This document shows, one piece after another, positions 25,331 to 39,228 of a DNA stretch of 64,000 bases. A model generated the notes under the pieces. That model saw only the letters and a program-made list of their open reading frames with translations, ran no database searches and had not been told where the DNA came from. Both the position numbers and the translations under genes were made by a program. The stretch's first letter is position 1; every line of letters starts with the position of its first letter. The DNA comes from Phoronis australis. Taxonomy: Eukaryota > Animalia > Phoronida. Location of the stretch: positions 222,432-286,431 of the forward strand of contig NMRA01000167.1 in the NCBI GenBank assembly GCA_002633005.1, read 5' to 3'.

Positions 25331-28068
25331 CCGACAACTCGTTGAAGTAACTCGTGCGTATGGCATTCGTGTAAGGTCAGCCAGATCGTACAAGAGTCAA
25401 AAATGCTCGAGAACTTAATAGGGCCCCCTTCTTACGGTAAATTGACTGCATTTCAATGGGGAACTCAAAATTCGCTAGGTGTTGCTGGCTTAGCGAGGGA
25501 CCTTCCCATAGAAATATCTAGTTGATTTATTTAACACCAAATGAGTGTAATGTGTACAATAGAACGCATATAATACAACAGTGCCAATTAGTAAAGATGA
25601 CTAATCAGGCCAAGGTACAAAAGATAAAAATTACAATCGATACACGACACGAAAAAGCAATTTCTTATTTTCATCGTCGTTAGCATTCATGCAAATCCTG
25701 TGGATCCGTTATCATACGAATACCTAGCATGGTGATAAGTAGTGTTGCGATTATTTTATTGGAATGTCAAAATGAGGGACCTTGATTTCATTAAGTGAAT
25801 ATGGTACATTTGAAAACCAGCCTAGTGCACATAGCTGTTCAGGTTCCCTTGATTTCACACACATCTCAGCTTTACACTATAGTTGGGTTTCTGTTTGTTA
25901 AAGTGGAATTTCGCTCTAGGTTTGTTTGACTCGTGTTTCAAACCTTGCTCGACTGTTGAAACATGGTTTCTTCCTACTATGCATTGCTGTGGGGTGTATC
26001 TGTCTTTTCTGCAGAAAAGCATTAAGAATTTGTTTTTGAAGGATCAAAATTGGCCCAGAAATAAATAAAATACTATAAAATCTTGTGGGTTTAGAACACA
26101 GTGTGGTGAAACTCTATTTCTTGCAAAAGAAAAGTAACGCCAATAAAATGCGTTACCTTTTTAAAGATCTACATTACAGCTACCAACAGACAATGATTTG
26201 GAGAAATTGTGGGGATTCACAACACTGTTAAAAACTTTTGAAAATGAAAAATTACCAATTTTAGCAATTGTTTTCGCCCGAAATTGGTGAGCTTTTACTG
26301 TACAAGTTGAGGTGTCCGTTATGGTCACATACAGCAACATAAATCTGCTACAAGCCTAATGTACGTGGTCCGAGTGAAATCTTTATGGGACAATCATTGG
26401 TTCATGCTGGGTATCATCAGCATTTTGCGTAATGTAGCAAAACCACTTGTAGTGAATTTAGAGTTGCGGTTTGAATGCAGGACAATGAGATACTTGTTTT
26501 TGTGTCATGATTTTTGTACATTTTGTCATTAGAATCTTGAAAAATCAAATTAATTGCTTATAATAATCAATTCTTTGTAGCGTGTGTTGATGTGGAGAAA
26601 CTCCAGTCATAAATTTAGTTTGGAGATGCAGTGCTGAATCCCCCCCAGTAGTCGGACCTTCAAAAGTTGGAGTAAAAACTGGATAAGATTTGAAATTTTA
26701 TTATAAGTATAAAACAACATTTTTAAAGCAACAATGTCAATCTATGTTTGAACTAGTAACACTGACAATATAAAATGTAATTGAGCAAAACATGTAACAT
26801 TCTCAGACATACAACATACTTGCATTCAACACCAAGTACAAAAAATAACAGTGTATAGGTCAAATTAACGTTAGCAATAAACTTACATGGACATGTTTCT
26901 TAGAAACATGAAAAATGCACACTTCAATTGCAACTAAAAACTACCAACAGCAGAACTCCTATTACTCGGAGATGCGTTGTTCATATCTTAACTTGGACAA
27001 AGTTCTGCAGTATGGTAAACTTGGAAGTTGAGCAACAACTCAACACGCATGCACGGACATGTTCCTCAGAAACTGATGGAAAATGTACACTTCAGTGGCT
27101 ACTAAAAACTACAACTCCTATAAGAGATGCATCATTCAGATTTTCACTTGGACAAAGTTCTACAGTATGGTTCTAGTTGGCGCTTCAGATAAATAGGATT
27201 TTGCCTTAATTGGATGAAATCAGTTAGTTCTGTTGAATATGAATTGCAAGTTTACCGGTCATTTTTCACATTATTGCCCAAAAGTGCATGAGAAAATTGG
27301 GCTCGTGCGAAGTTAAACGAGGAATTTCCAAGTTCTCAATACGCAGCTGATTCAAGTTTGACTCACTCTCACACAATTTTTTCTTGTAATTCATTGCTAA
27401 AATAACTTAGATTTAGATAACTCAAATTTTTCCGCCTTTTATTGCCTGATAGTTTGTATATCTTGCAATTGTTACGAGTTGTTTACCACCTTCAAATAAT
27501 TTCCAGAGCCTGTCTGCAGAAACAATTTATGAATATTTGCATGAATTACTACAAGAATGACCATACGTAATACCCTGACTCGTACTTAGACACGCTAGCC
27601 ATGACAGCCTCTTCAGCATTTGGACTCCCAAGCATGCAAGCAAACACTAGTGACTTTCAACCTATTAATAACAGCTTTGGGTGCTCATTGGCCTGTCATA
27701 AAAAACCTTATGTAAGATATAATAAACTGATTAATAATTGCAGACCCAGCAGTTTGGCCTAAAGGCATAAGAATTCATGGATGCCCTAAGAAATTTAGGG
27801 GCCCTAAATGGATCATCATGGAAGCCCTGATCTTAAAATTACTTGTTACCACACAGTGCTATTTAGGTGAATTCGAAATTGCTACAAATCGAACTAATGG
27901 TGATGAATGATGTATTTGAAGCGATCAGTGAACTAGAAAGCAAAAACCAAATTTACTGTGATTTTCAAAAATGGTACATATGCAACTTTAACAATGTGGT
28001 AACATGTGCCTTTAGAGCCATGCAGTGTTAACCATGTGAAGCCCTAACCTGAGCTGCTGACGGCCTCA

Positions 28069-28199
28069 TCAGAATGCAGCAAGAAGAGCGTACATGACGA
28101 ACGGCAGCACCAGGTTGTCGATCTGAGTCGTGAAGGCTTCCAGGAGAGATGTCAATATTGTTGCCATGGCAACAGATACAAAACTATTGTAGTGTACAC
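28069..28199 (-). CDS. DOLK: Dolichol kinase, last exon
   Basis: VHYNSFVSVAMATILTSLLEAFTTQIDNLVLPFVMYALLAAF*; matches the DOLK C-terminal LLEA.T.QIDNL.LP motif. Confidence 0.95.
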
Positions 28200-29403
28200 C
28201 TACAACAGTGATGGTAACAATGATGTCATAAAGGAAGGAAATTCATCATTGGTCGAGTCTTGGCTGTGTTCCAAAATAACAAAACTTGGAGTATTGCCAA
28301 GTTCTGCGCAACAAGTAGAGTAGGGTACACTGTAGTTAAGACAAGTTTGTAATTAAAAGTCATGGGCATAGTAATTTGAAAAGGATGCTTTTCACAATCT
28401 CACAAACCAATATTGCATGATACGACCGACTACACACTGACAACATGTGGCATAATAATTAAGTAATGAAATTTTATATTCTCATGTTTTCATAAATGAT
28501 ACACAATACCAAAATGATACTTTGCCATATCCAACTTGTGTACCATAACTACCAACAGGCAATATTCTAAAAAATTATCATTCACGGCAATGTTTGAAGT
28601 GCTGGAAAAATGAAAAAAGAGCTATTTTGATGAGATTTCTCCAACATGAGAAAAGTTTCTGATAGTTGCTTTAATGTAATCAGAATTTTGAAAAATAGAA
28701 ACATTATGGCAATTTTGGCAATTATTTTGTGCCAAATAAGTGGAGAACTGGGCTGGTGTACTTGTAAACAAGACATGTATCATGGATCAGCTACAATGCA
28801 TTCCACACTTTCTGTGTGCGGCACAAGGAAAAGGCACTAAAATTGACAAAGTACATAAAAAATCTGTAAAACTAATTTGAAGAATGGTCAAAAGGTAAGC
28901 TATTATAATGGGTAATTTATAAGATAATTCGTCAAGCCAAAACATCAATTGCCAAAGAGAAATGGAATACTGCCCAGCAAACCATACAATGGCCGTTAGT
29001 ATGTACCCAATTACCTATGCGGATTATCATACATTAACAATATGGCCAAGATTTAGTGGTTTCAATTTGTGTGCCAGCTACAATATTGAATAGGATATAC
29101 AAGGTGTACATCCATCACTTCAGGTGTACATTTGGATTATACTTAACATGGTTCCAAAACTGATATTATCCAATTGCCCTGGGCTTGTCAGCAGAAAACT
29201 CCTGTGGTAAAAATCCAGCAATTTGAAACAAAATAGTCTGCTTTTAAAAGATAGAAGAATCATTGTTTTTGGACATGATTTCTTGTGCAAAATTAGGGAA
29301 CAATTACTGCAAGTTTTAATTCAAAGCTCTTGATTACCATTTTCACAAAATGTGTTGCTGACAATATAACTTTGATAGCTATATTATCATGCACCATTCT
29401 CAC

Positions 29404-29580
29404 CTATCGTCATGGCAATGGCACAAACAAACAGCTGACAAATCATAGCACAGAGTGTTCCCTCAACGGTTTTATGAGAGTTTGGCCAGCAGGTTGCACC
29501 CAACAGGGTACCACCAACAGAGGCTGCCGTGTCCCCAACACCTAGGGCGATCACTCCTGATAGCAGCTTCATGTGTACAC
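29404..29580 (-). CDS. DOLK: Dolichol kinase exon (CTP-binding region)
   Basis: SGVIALGVGDTAASVGG...WPNSHKTVEGT; ctgtag acceptor and G|gtgaga donor. Confidence 0.95.
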
Positions 29581-31426
29581 CTACAGTTAGAATAATAGGA
29601 CAAATAAAATTTTTCTCAGTTATTTGTACAGTCATGTACCTGAGACCAAAGGCCTATGCAAATGGCATCAGTACATCCTGATAAAGCGGTGACACAATGA
29701 AATAGGCTTTGTCACTCAATAGATGTAGATAAGGTCATAGATGGTGAACAACACTCTTCATTGATCTTCTATGGATTTAATGCAGTGGGATACTTCCAGT
29801 GCTTTTTCAGAAATTTATTGCGACCTTCATTCCCCCAAACTGTCTTTGCTATGAGGTCGGATATTTGAACTGTTTGGACAAACATTCCGTGAATGAAAGA
29901 AATAATTTATTGTGTTTCGTGCCACTCAACTCGGAAATTGAGTCAAGTGAAAGATGCTTTTGTGCTTGAACAATGCCAACTAGTTATGTGCAGAATGTTT
30001 TCTACTAAAATAATTTTCATGAGAGGATTGTCCTCAGCACGTAACCATTCAACACCTATAAATTTTTTGCTATCACTCCCACATAATTGTATAACCTGAT
30101 CAGTAAGCATTTCGCTCAGGCACTGACCTCCATTCACAAAAGTAGGCCAATCAAGATGCTCAGGTGCCCCGTTTGTTAATTAAATTATAAAAATGCAGAT
30201 TAAGTTAAATAACCAAATGCTCAGGCACATTCCGCTCTGCTTATCAGAGTTCGAAATTAAAACAGAACCGGAAACGTAAACATATCATCTGAAACTCCGC
30301 GTACTCGTAGTAAAGGTACCCCAACTTGTGAAGAGACGAGCTCATACCCTGAGTGGAATGGAACTGACTAGACAGTGCTATGTTGGGTAAAACAACACAG
30401 AGAAATGCTCAGTTATGTAGGACCCTATCAACAAGTTTTTGCATTCAGCCAAATACCTACAAAACTTTGTGATTTAACTTAATGAATATTTTATCATATT
30501 CTTGAAAATACAAGACACTGTGGAATTTGATTTTGACTGTTTACCAGACTGTCACTGTCTGAGTTACATGACCTTGCAATTTTAGTAAAATCTGAAGAAA
30601 GGTACAGTCAATAACTTGACCAATTTTCATTTGATATTAACTGTTCGTGATGAAATCTCAAAAAAGATGTTACAGTCTCGTGCAACTTTTGATTTTTTTA
30701 TAAAAATCATAAATTTTATTTTTTGATAGCCATCTTGCAAATTATGTGGAATGTTACAAAAACAATTTCTAACACCGTTTTAGAGAACAGAGCATAAAGC
30801 ATAGAATCCGACAGTTTCACATGAATCCAATTTGCCGTTTCCCAGATACGATAATCTGAAATTAGCCAAATTTGGAAATTTTCCTACGGTCCTACATGAC
30901 CTTAAGTCACCTGAACTTCGCGGCTGATAAAGTCTGGTACTAGCTAGTCATACTGACCGAGGAAATGACGTAAGTTTTGGAACAAAACAGAGCCACTAAA
31001 CATCTAGCAATCAAAAACTGTACAGTAAAAGCCAAAAAATAATCAGACAAAATGATCCGGAATTCCACGTCACGATGGCTGGGCGGAGCAGAATTCATCG
31101 TCGGAGTAGTCTCCCCTGATGACCGAGAATGAAGGGTAATTAACAAGAAAGACAGTAAGGTGGCCAAGACCTTCTCTAATTAGAATTTTGCCCCCATAAT
31201 AGTTATTGCCAACCATTTTTGCTGTCAACTAAATAAGCAGTCATGACAAGGGAAACAGTATTTTGTCCATTACTTTTGTCTAGTCCTGTACTCGATTACT
31301 TTTGTCTAGTACTGTATGGCAACAGAGCCTAAGACTGTATAGCCTTAAGTGCCAGACTCACGTCTTAACACTCTGTAGATAAACACTAGGCTTGTAAAAA
31401 ACCTTTAGAAGAAACTTTCCACTCAC

Positions 31427-31589
31427 CATATGAAGTGTCACCGACACCAAGCCACAGAGGGAAGGAGAAGCCAGCCAACAAGTAGATAGGGGTCAGCAAC
31501 AACTGTCCTTGGTCTTGTTTGTCGCGGAATACAGACAGGTGTTGGTCGAGAAACTGACCAAGGGGAGGGATGTCCATCACACGGAAACA
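31427..31589 (-). CDS. DOLK: Dolichol kinase exon
   Basis: IPPLGQFL...FRDKQDQGQLLLTPIYLLAGFSFPLWL; canonical splice sites. Confidence 0.95.
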
Positions 31590-31856
31590 CTGTGAAGAAC
31601 AAATTAAACAGAGCCCATTAGACTTAGTCATTTCGCATTCACAGTATGAGTTACATCCTTCATTTTTCTTATCCAAGTTCTCAAAAACACGTTTACAACC
31701 TATCAAATGTATGTAACAATTCTAGGACTCTTTTTTGATTTTGTACCTTTTATACAAAAGTTGTTTATATATATAGCATGAACTTTGAATTGTACCATGA
31801 AAAAAAATGATGGTGATGGAACGACGTTTTTGTCAAAGGAAAAGAAAGTTTCTTAC

Positions 31857-32066
31857 CTCTATCATTACAAAAGCCATCAAGGCAACAACTGAAGCTACAG
31901 TCATCAGAGAAGTTGAGAATAAAATGCCTGGAACAAAGATTGCTAAAGCGACAGCATGGAATAGCTTGCGCACAACTGTGGAGCTCTCAGCTGTGCTACT
32001 TGAGTAGAAATAGACGATCAGTAGCGCCACCATGCAGCAAATGACCCAATGCACAAGCAGCAACTT
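31857..32066 (-). CDS. DOLK: Dolichol kinase exon
   Basis: STVVRKLFHAVALAIFVPGI (RKxFH motif); tttcag acceptor and GAG|gtaaga donor. Confidence 0.93.
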
Positions 32067-33817
32067 CTGAAACGAAGAGAAGATTGCCTTGGGTACGTAT
32101 CAGGTTTCTACTGTTAATTTAGCCAAAAGCCAACATCGTGAATAGCCAGAGTGACATAAGACTCAAAACTCAGAAATTGGGTCTTACGATCTACACAGTC
32201 AACAATTTCTGAAAAATAATTGAATCTGATTTGATGCAAAAGTGAAAAGTATCTAAGAACATGCACGTAACTGCTAGTTGTTGACAGATAATTTCTATAA
32301 AATTCTGGACTGTGATGCTCTCACAATTACTTGCTCAAAGACTGTTTCAGCAATTTCGAAGTGGAAGGTAGTGTAAGACTACATTTCCGACTTTGGCAAC
32401 AAGTTTTCTTCTTTCTTCGAGACATGTTTAGTTAAACACGACATTCTATTTGCAGCCTTAACGGAAAGCTTCCCAAATGGGTCAGATCAATTGCCGCAAG
32501 CACACAGCAGTTAGACACTGGTGTTATATTCAAGTCACGCAATTTAAAATACCACACAATAACATTGTCCTGTTATTTGTCTCCTTCAAGACATCCTCAG
32601 TGACGATCAATCACGTGGTGACCACACGACAATGTATTAAATGAAGAATGCGATCATGCACAGAATGACAAGGTATACTCATATCAGTGTTAATTTTTCA
32701 CCAGGTTCTTTGAATGAGATAAGGAACGATTTGGAGAAAGCTTTGGACTTTCCCCAATGTCGCCTGGTCAGCCCCGCTGGTTCTATTCACACTGCAGTCT
32801 CACTTGGGGGCTAGTCCTCAATAGAGTGATTCTATTCACAAGGTCACATAGTGAGGGTAATAACTCATTCTGATCAGACCATAAAACAGAAGGTTTGATA
32901 GCATCCAGGCTCTGTTTTTCCATCCTTTTTGGGCTGTGAAAACCGAAAGAAACCGCTTACAAAATATGAAGAGAGGATTAAAAATTAGACTATGTACACT
33001 GGGTTCTTGAAATTTCATTCTTGGCAAGTAACAACGATTTTGTCAACAAAAACTCAAGCCTTGAGCTACTGATTGGAATAGTTTCCAGCATGGCACATCA
33101 GGTAATAAATATACACACCACTAACTCCCAATAGAAGCTTGGCCTGAAGGAATCTGGATAAAACTGGTTCTTCTGAAGGATTCTTTTTAAAAAGGACATG
33201 TTCACAACATGTAGTTCCCCATATTATGCTCATACTTTGAACAATCATACTCAGTTTTCGATTAATACTATTAATACATAACAATTATCGTAACAATACA
33301 CAACAAGCTTTTAGTGGTCTCATCGAGTTGTACAATATATTATGCCACTACTGTCACTATGCCCTTTGGAGTCCAAACTTTAATTACTATGAGAATTATT
33401 GAAACAAGATTTTAACCACGAACACATAGGTCTCGTAGTTTCAGTAAGGTCAATTTCACTGTTGAGTTGAAGTGCTATATAACCAATGCTTTGTTTGCCC
33501 TTTAATAGTGATTTTCTCAATTATATCTCTGACTCAACGTTATTGAATAGATTGGTGCCTCCAATAACAATTTTCTGATCTTTGGGAAAGACAAAAGAAG
33601 CGCATCAAATGATGGTTGAGTATGAAGTTGGATACTGACACAGAAAATAATGATTCACTGTGTTGTTCCTATAGTAAGTGCAAGTCAACTTCTCGTGCTC
33701 TGACATAAAATGTACTGTGAAAGTAGGGGAGTCAAGTCTAACCCTTAGTGACACTTGACGATTCATAGCCTTTGGAGAACGTGCCATCAGATTACTGTAT
33801 AGACTGACCATACTCAC

Positions 33818-33997
33818 GTTCTCATATGACTGCCAACATAATCCGAGTATCCAACCAACAGTGGACTGTGTGACAGGCAGACAGCACCCCAATACCAAGG
33901 TTAAGCCGACAGATGGGTACAGTACATGGACGCCAACATTCGATGTGTGAAGACAACACACTATCACCAATAGGACTGCACACGAGCACAGCATGAA
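33818..33997 (-). CDS. DOLK: Dolichol kinase exon (transmembrane)
   Basis: 180-nt phase 0-0 hydrophobic exon; ttttgcttcag acceptor and AAC|gtgagt donor. Confidence 0.85.
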
Positions 33998-34893
33998 CTG
34001 AAGCAAAAGGTGAATATACAAAAGTCACAAGGATACTGACCTTGTACGATTTCTACAATAGTATGAAAGCCATGTGATAAGATCTCAATGAAGACAAGTA
34101 TGTCACAATGGTTGTTTCAAAAGATGTTTACGTTAAATTTTCATGTTTCAAATGAATGTATTCATACACATCATTACCAACATTGGTAATTTAATGAACA
34201 ATTAAGACCAAAGCATTGTACATGACTTTGCTGGAGTCTAGCGTGATCAACAGTTGGTTCACAGCAGGTTATCTCTGGTCTCGTGAATTTTGTCATATGA
34301 TTTTGTAACTATGCAACTGTGGGTCTGGCTCCTTTCCTGTTCAAGTACACTGTCTGTTTGAGCCTTGTTCAATGGATGATCAATGTTTTCCTAATGATAT
34401 ATGTGAGTACATCGAAACATGTTGGAACTTAAATTTCTTGATATTTACTAAGTATAAACTGATACACAATACTTTGCTTTGAGTTAACACATGATGGATT
34501 TGAATCTTGCAGCTAGACAAATCGCTGTCCCATTTTGGGCTCAGCTGTTCACAATGCATCAGGGGGTAATTAAACAATTATTTTTCAGCCAGGGCTCTAA
34601 ACACTTTGTTACAAAGTACAAGTGGGACAGTTAAATGATTAAGAGCAGGGTTCACAAAGAACTGACTTCACTGATCTTGCATGTCAGATTCAAAAGGCAC
34701 GTTGCATGTGAACGACTTCCATGATTTACAATCCTCAGCAAAGTTCTAAACCACTATGTGGACTAGTTACCAACTTCAAGCACAAAATATGATTTACTTG
34801 TTTGAAGTAAAGTTTACCGATTTCAATACCACCTCATTATTGCCGTATGTTTTTTAAACCACTTATCAAGAATCTGATTGGACGCCACATTAC

Positions 34894-34992
34894 CATAATC
34901 CCTCGGCACATCTCTGACATGGGCACTAAATCTGGTTCTACGAGCACGGCCACCGGAGAGGTGACATCGATTAAGCCATGAGAGTTGAACAC
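34894..34992 (-). CDS. DOLK: Probable dolichol kinase exon (33 aa, VFNSHGLIDVTSPVAVLVEPDLVPMSEMCRGIM)
   Basis: Strong acceptor ttctgttacag, donor ATG|gtaatg, stop-free, phase 0-0; fills a length gap relative to homologues but has no diagnostic motif. Confidence 0.6.
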
Positions 34993-35442
34993 CTGTAACA
35001 GAATAGCAGAAGTGCAAAGAAATGTGCTACAAACCCTTCAGGTGCTGTTATGTTAAGTCAGAACTAATATGTTATCTCTAATGAGCACTACAACTACAAC
35101 AATGTCTACCAGGTGGCGCAATATACATTACAGGTGCCACAACCCATTTCCCAACATCATCATTGGTTGGGATTCAAACAGTTCTAAACACAATTAACAT
35201 GTTTGGGCCACATAGTAAAACAATTGGTTCTGGACTGTGCCCGACCTATTTCAGTTGGCATTAGTTGATGCTAGAGGTAAAAAAAGGATCCCAAGATGCT
35301 TCAATGAGAATCAAATGATGATTCCTTGTTTCGAAAATACTGATTTAATTTTAAAAACATAGAACAGTAGCCTGTTTAATGCATGAACAAACATATGCAT
35401 GAACCCAAACAGTTATCTCACCAGTGAGATAACATTTTGGTG

Positions 35443-35517
35443 GGCAACCGCGGCCGGATTCGAACACACTCCACAAGAGTTTTGAGTCGTCGACTTTACC
35501 ACTACACCACTCAGCAG
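35443..35517 (-). pseudogene. Degenerate tRNA-like sequence or SINE head
   Basis: A-box-like TGGTGTAGTGG and B-box GTTCGAATCC; acceptor and anticodon stems pair poorly. Confidence 0.5.
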
Positions 35518-35898
35518 CTGACATCATAGAACGTGAAAATAGAATACTTAAATGAACACGCGCAATAATCGCATATTCAACAAAGGGCATTGTACTGACA
35601 TTTATACGCTATGAAAAATCAGACGCATAATTTCCATAAAAATATTTTAGTTCAGTGAAATTTTTCTCTCATTTTGCTCTCACTTGTAAATCACCGAACT
35701 CCAATTTGAATGCGGGTATCATGTCGTCGGGATCCTTTGACTTGTGCGTCATACTCAGTTACCAGTGGTAATCTACTTTAGCAGACGATATTTTCCCCGT
35801 CGAAGCTTAGCGTGATAAAATGTGTAGTAAGCTATAATAGTTGCTAAATTATAATTTAGAGGTGCACCTTATTTTTATTTTGTAATAAATTTTCAATT

Positions 35899-36138
35899 AA
35901 ATAAAAAATAATTGCAGGTGGTCTGATACACGTAGTACCAGAAGTGCACAGCCTCGCATGTGGACCCATTGCACTGATCACCTGGAAATATTTTTATGCT
36001 TTATTAATATATGGTTAAAACCGAGCTGAGGAGCTAGAAACCTGGCTCAAGGGTTTAGCAGTGTGACCTGGTGGGACTTGAACCCATGACCTCGAGTAAA
36101 GAAAGAAGGCACTTATCAACCAGGCCACACTGCCTCCT
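35899..36138 (-). mobile_element. tRNA-derived SINE, copy 1
   Basis: Head has A/B boxes (gtggcctggttg, ggttcaagtccc); body is shared with 39621-39853 and 53412-53610. Confidence 0.8.
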
Positions 36139-36309
36139 CAATTGGTTTTGAGTAAAAGCATTATTTGACAAAAATAGCTTGGCTTTTCTTAAAAGGTCAC
36201 AACCTCCGACCCCGAGCCTCTGACATAGAAAGTAGTTACAAAGCCAAGGCAAGTCGAGAAAGGTAGATTGATTCATTGCAATGTTTCTCGTTCACTATGT
36301 GGTATAAAT

Positions 36310-36440
36310 TTATTACATGTTCTCAGTCGTTATCCCCTTATCTAGAGCCCTCGTGGATTTTGGAGAATTATCGCCAGATAATTCTCCAAAATCCACTAGG
36401 GTTCTAGAATACCGGGGATAACAACTTTGCCATGTAATAA
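36310..36440. repeat. Intronic palindrome with a perfect 20-bp stem and 4-nt loop
   Basis: gtggattttggagaattatc-gcca-gataattctccaaaatccac, extended by gttatcccc/ggggataac and ttattacatg/catgtaataa. Confidence 0.9.
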
Positions 36441-36736
36441 TCTATATACATTGTAACATGAACATAATTTCTCGAGATTTATTATTCCATTATATTTGTT
36501 TCAGAGAACCCGGCCTTGTCGGATTGACAGGTCAACATTATCTTAGCTTGTGAATAAATGTATCATATTTGACTTCCCCGTGTGTTCTAAGCCCATGGCT
36601 CCTACACAAACTATGGCCATGAGCAAAATGATAATTTTCCACAGTCCACGGTGTTTTTTTGACTTTATAGCAGCTCCCACCACAGAGGAATAATAACGAA
36701 AGGAAAATATAAATTACACGTGACAGTAGTACTTAC

Positions 36737-36897
36737 ATGTATAGGTAAATAATTGTTGATGAAACAGACAGGCATGAGCATCCCTTGAATGACTAGACAA
36801 CATTCTCCAAATGTGAATGTATGCTTGCACAATCGGGGCAGGTAATTCATTAACAGGTCACACAGAGTCAAGACGGCCAATACTTCAATAAAGAGCC
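36737..36897 (-). CDS. DOLK: Dolichol kinase exon
   Basis: LPRLCKHTFTFGECCLVIQG (FTxGE motif); ttgcag acceptor and CAT|gtaagt donor. Confidence 0.92.
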
Positions 36898-37689
36898 CTG
36901 CAACAAGACCGTGAAATTTACACACAGCAGATCAATGGATGGAATGCAAAGTCGGCCAGGTAACCCATTGGCCACCTCTGAGTCAGTGCATTTCATTAGC
37001 TCATTTCCAGCAAAACTATGTACAAGTGACCAGGTGAAATATCGCCTAACAATTACAAAACAGTCAACAAAAAATTATGAGAGATGCCCCTCACTTACAA
37101 AAAATCTGTAACTATGATCAACAGCTGAGATTCAACCATGCAAACAGGGCAATTCAACTGACTCATTGTTAAATTTACACACAATGGTAATTACAGACTT
37201 TCACCAATTTAAGGCACAATATGGTAGAAGAGTGAATTTTTTCATAAAAGACCCAAACCAAATATTAAATGCTATCATTTAAAGAGATCTATACCATAGC
37301 TATCGTTTGAAAATGATTTTCAATGAGAAAGAATGCCTTAAGTTTGAAGAATGAAAAAAGACCTATCATGGCGACTATTTTTGACTGAAATTCGTGTGAC
37401 TTTACTTTAGGTCAAGCTTAAGTCGCAAACTTCAAAATCAGCGAATATTTCTAGTTAAGCAATCATTTCTATCCACAATTACATGACTACAGCATGATCA
37501 GTGGGCTTAATGCGGGTGGGGACTTCAAAACAAGGTAACAGTTCCTGAACACATCAAACCTAGTTAGAAATTAGGTGATTAATGCAGAAGCTACATAGTG
37601 GTGGGTGGGACTATTTTCAGCGGAGAGACCGGTATAAGCCTTATTGGCAAAACTCTTTAACTTTTTTGTTAACCGATTGCTATACTCAC

Positions 37690-37842
37690 AAACACAAGCT
37701 GTTGTTGACTCCAGTACTTTGAAAAAGGAAGGTAGGCTGAGCAGTATGTTGACTGCGATGCTCCATCTGAGATCTAACACCAGGTGAAACATCTGCTTGA
37801 TGGCAATCATGCAAAGAAATGACAACATGGCCAAGCGCCAAC
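37690..37842 (-). CDS. DOLK: Dolichol kinase exon (transmembrane)
   Basis: 153-nt phase 1-1 hydrophobic exon; cttgcag acceptor and T|gtgagt donor. Confidence 0.8.
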
Positions 37843-38989
37843 CTGCAAGCCATAGTAAGTGGAGAAGTGTTGTGTATTCAACCAAAAGTACAGAACTATG
37901 GCTTGTAATTCTTTAAAACCTATTCCTCACATTATGGCGTAGAAATGAAATTTTGTCAAATTACTCAACAAAAGTAATTTAGCATTGTTTGTACTGTGTA
38001 CATCATAAACTAGGGGTATTTGGCAAAGTTTCTACTATTGCAGAGAGGTAAACATCTTCTGAAAACTAAAATGACCTTTTTGTACAAAATGAATGAACTG
38101 TGAATTTCAACGTTTGTGTTCTCCATTGGTATTGAAGGCCATGTCCTAAAAACAACTATTCCTCACAACAAGTAGCGTTATATCATAACCAGGCCTGCAG
38201 ATTATCAGATTAGTCCAAAAATATAAAAGTTTATTTGGTCGCAAGGCAAAATCGGTGATCATGACTGAGCTTGACTTTAGGGATACCAACAGAAAATTTC
38301 TTTTGGAGGATTCACATATTTTCAGTACTTTTCACTAAAAGATCCCCCCCGGAACACTACACTCAGTGTTGGTGTAAGCTGATTATTTATCAGGGTTGTC
38401 GAAGTCGCAATTAGGCCCTTAGATAATTTTGGGAACCCCTGACCTATTTTCTGTTTTCAAACTTTTTATTAGATTGACTTTTTACAATTCAGACACAAAA
38501 ATAGTATGAACCAGGAAACATAAGGAAATTTCCACCAGTACATGGCACTGTTTCTCATGATCGGCCAGTGTACTCACTGCAAGTTGTCAAGCTTTAAGTA
38601 CAGATTTCTTGTTTTTGTCAATGCAGTTAATGTGGAATTGTTTAACAAGGCAACGAAAGCAACATAGTTGCTCTGCCGGTGTGATACATGAGGTTAAATG
38701 CAGGTTATGTGGACGATGAGCATATGTCAAGACACTCAATCAATTATTTAAACAAAGTAGAATGGTCGTTGGGCAAAAAAAGTCACTGCTCAACCAACGT
38801 TGTTCAAACGTCCATAATTTGTCAACACGGATGCAAATATTGAAATTCAACAACTAATTATCATGAATTCCAACTGAAGTGTCGCCGCCAATTCAACGCT
38901 GATGGGTTAAACCTTTTAAAAGTAACTTGAAGTTACGTGTCAAGAAACAGACACGCGTCTCATTGATAATATCATGGGGAGGAACTCAC

Positions 38990-39069
38990 CTGCCTCAAAC
39001 CATGTGATGGAGGACGCCAGGGAGAGGGGCAGAAGGAGTGAGCACCATACTCCGGGTTGAGACAACAAC
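38990..39069 (-). CDS. DOLK: Dolichol kinase exon
   Basis: (R)LLSQPGVWCSLLLPLSL resembles the N-terminal R....G.....P motif; ttcttgcag acceptor and G|gtgagt donor. Confidence 0.8.
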
Positions 39070-39073
39070 CTGC

Positions 39074-39228
39074 AAGAATAACCAGAATGGCTCTAGACTG
39101 TACGCCGACTACCAAGCATTCACACAATGGCTGTACACTGTACGCTTATCGGTCAACCACTCAAACAATGACTGTAGACTATACCCTGACTGGTCAAGAA
39201 TTCACACAATGGCTGTAGACTGTACAGA
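39074..39228. repeat. Degenerate tandem repeat, about 40-bp unit, about 4 copies (caatggctgtagactgtac core)
   Basis: Seen directly; abuts a DOLK splice acceptor. Confidence 0.65.

Noticed and set aside
34041-34052. 12-nt DOLK micro-exon (tgtag|AAATCGTACAAG|gtcagt)
   Set aside because: It would leave a 43-nt intron, far shorter than the others here, and has no homology support.
35443-35517. Functional tRNA gene (including a possible TCA/Sec or CAA anticodon reading)
   Set aside because: Acceptor and anticodon stems do not pair properly; only the A/B boxes remain.
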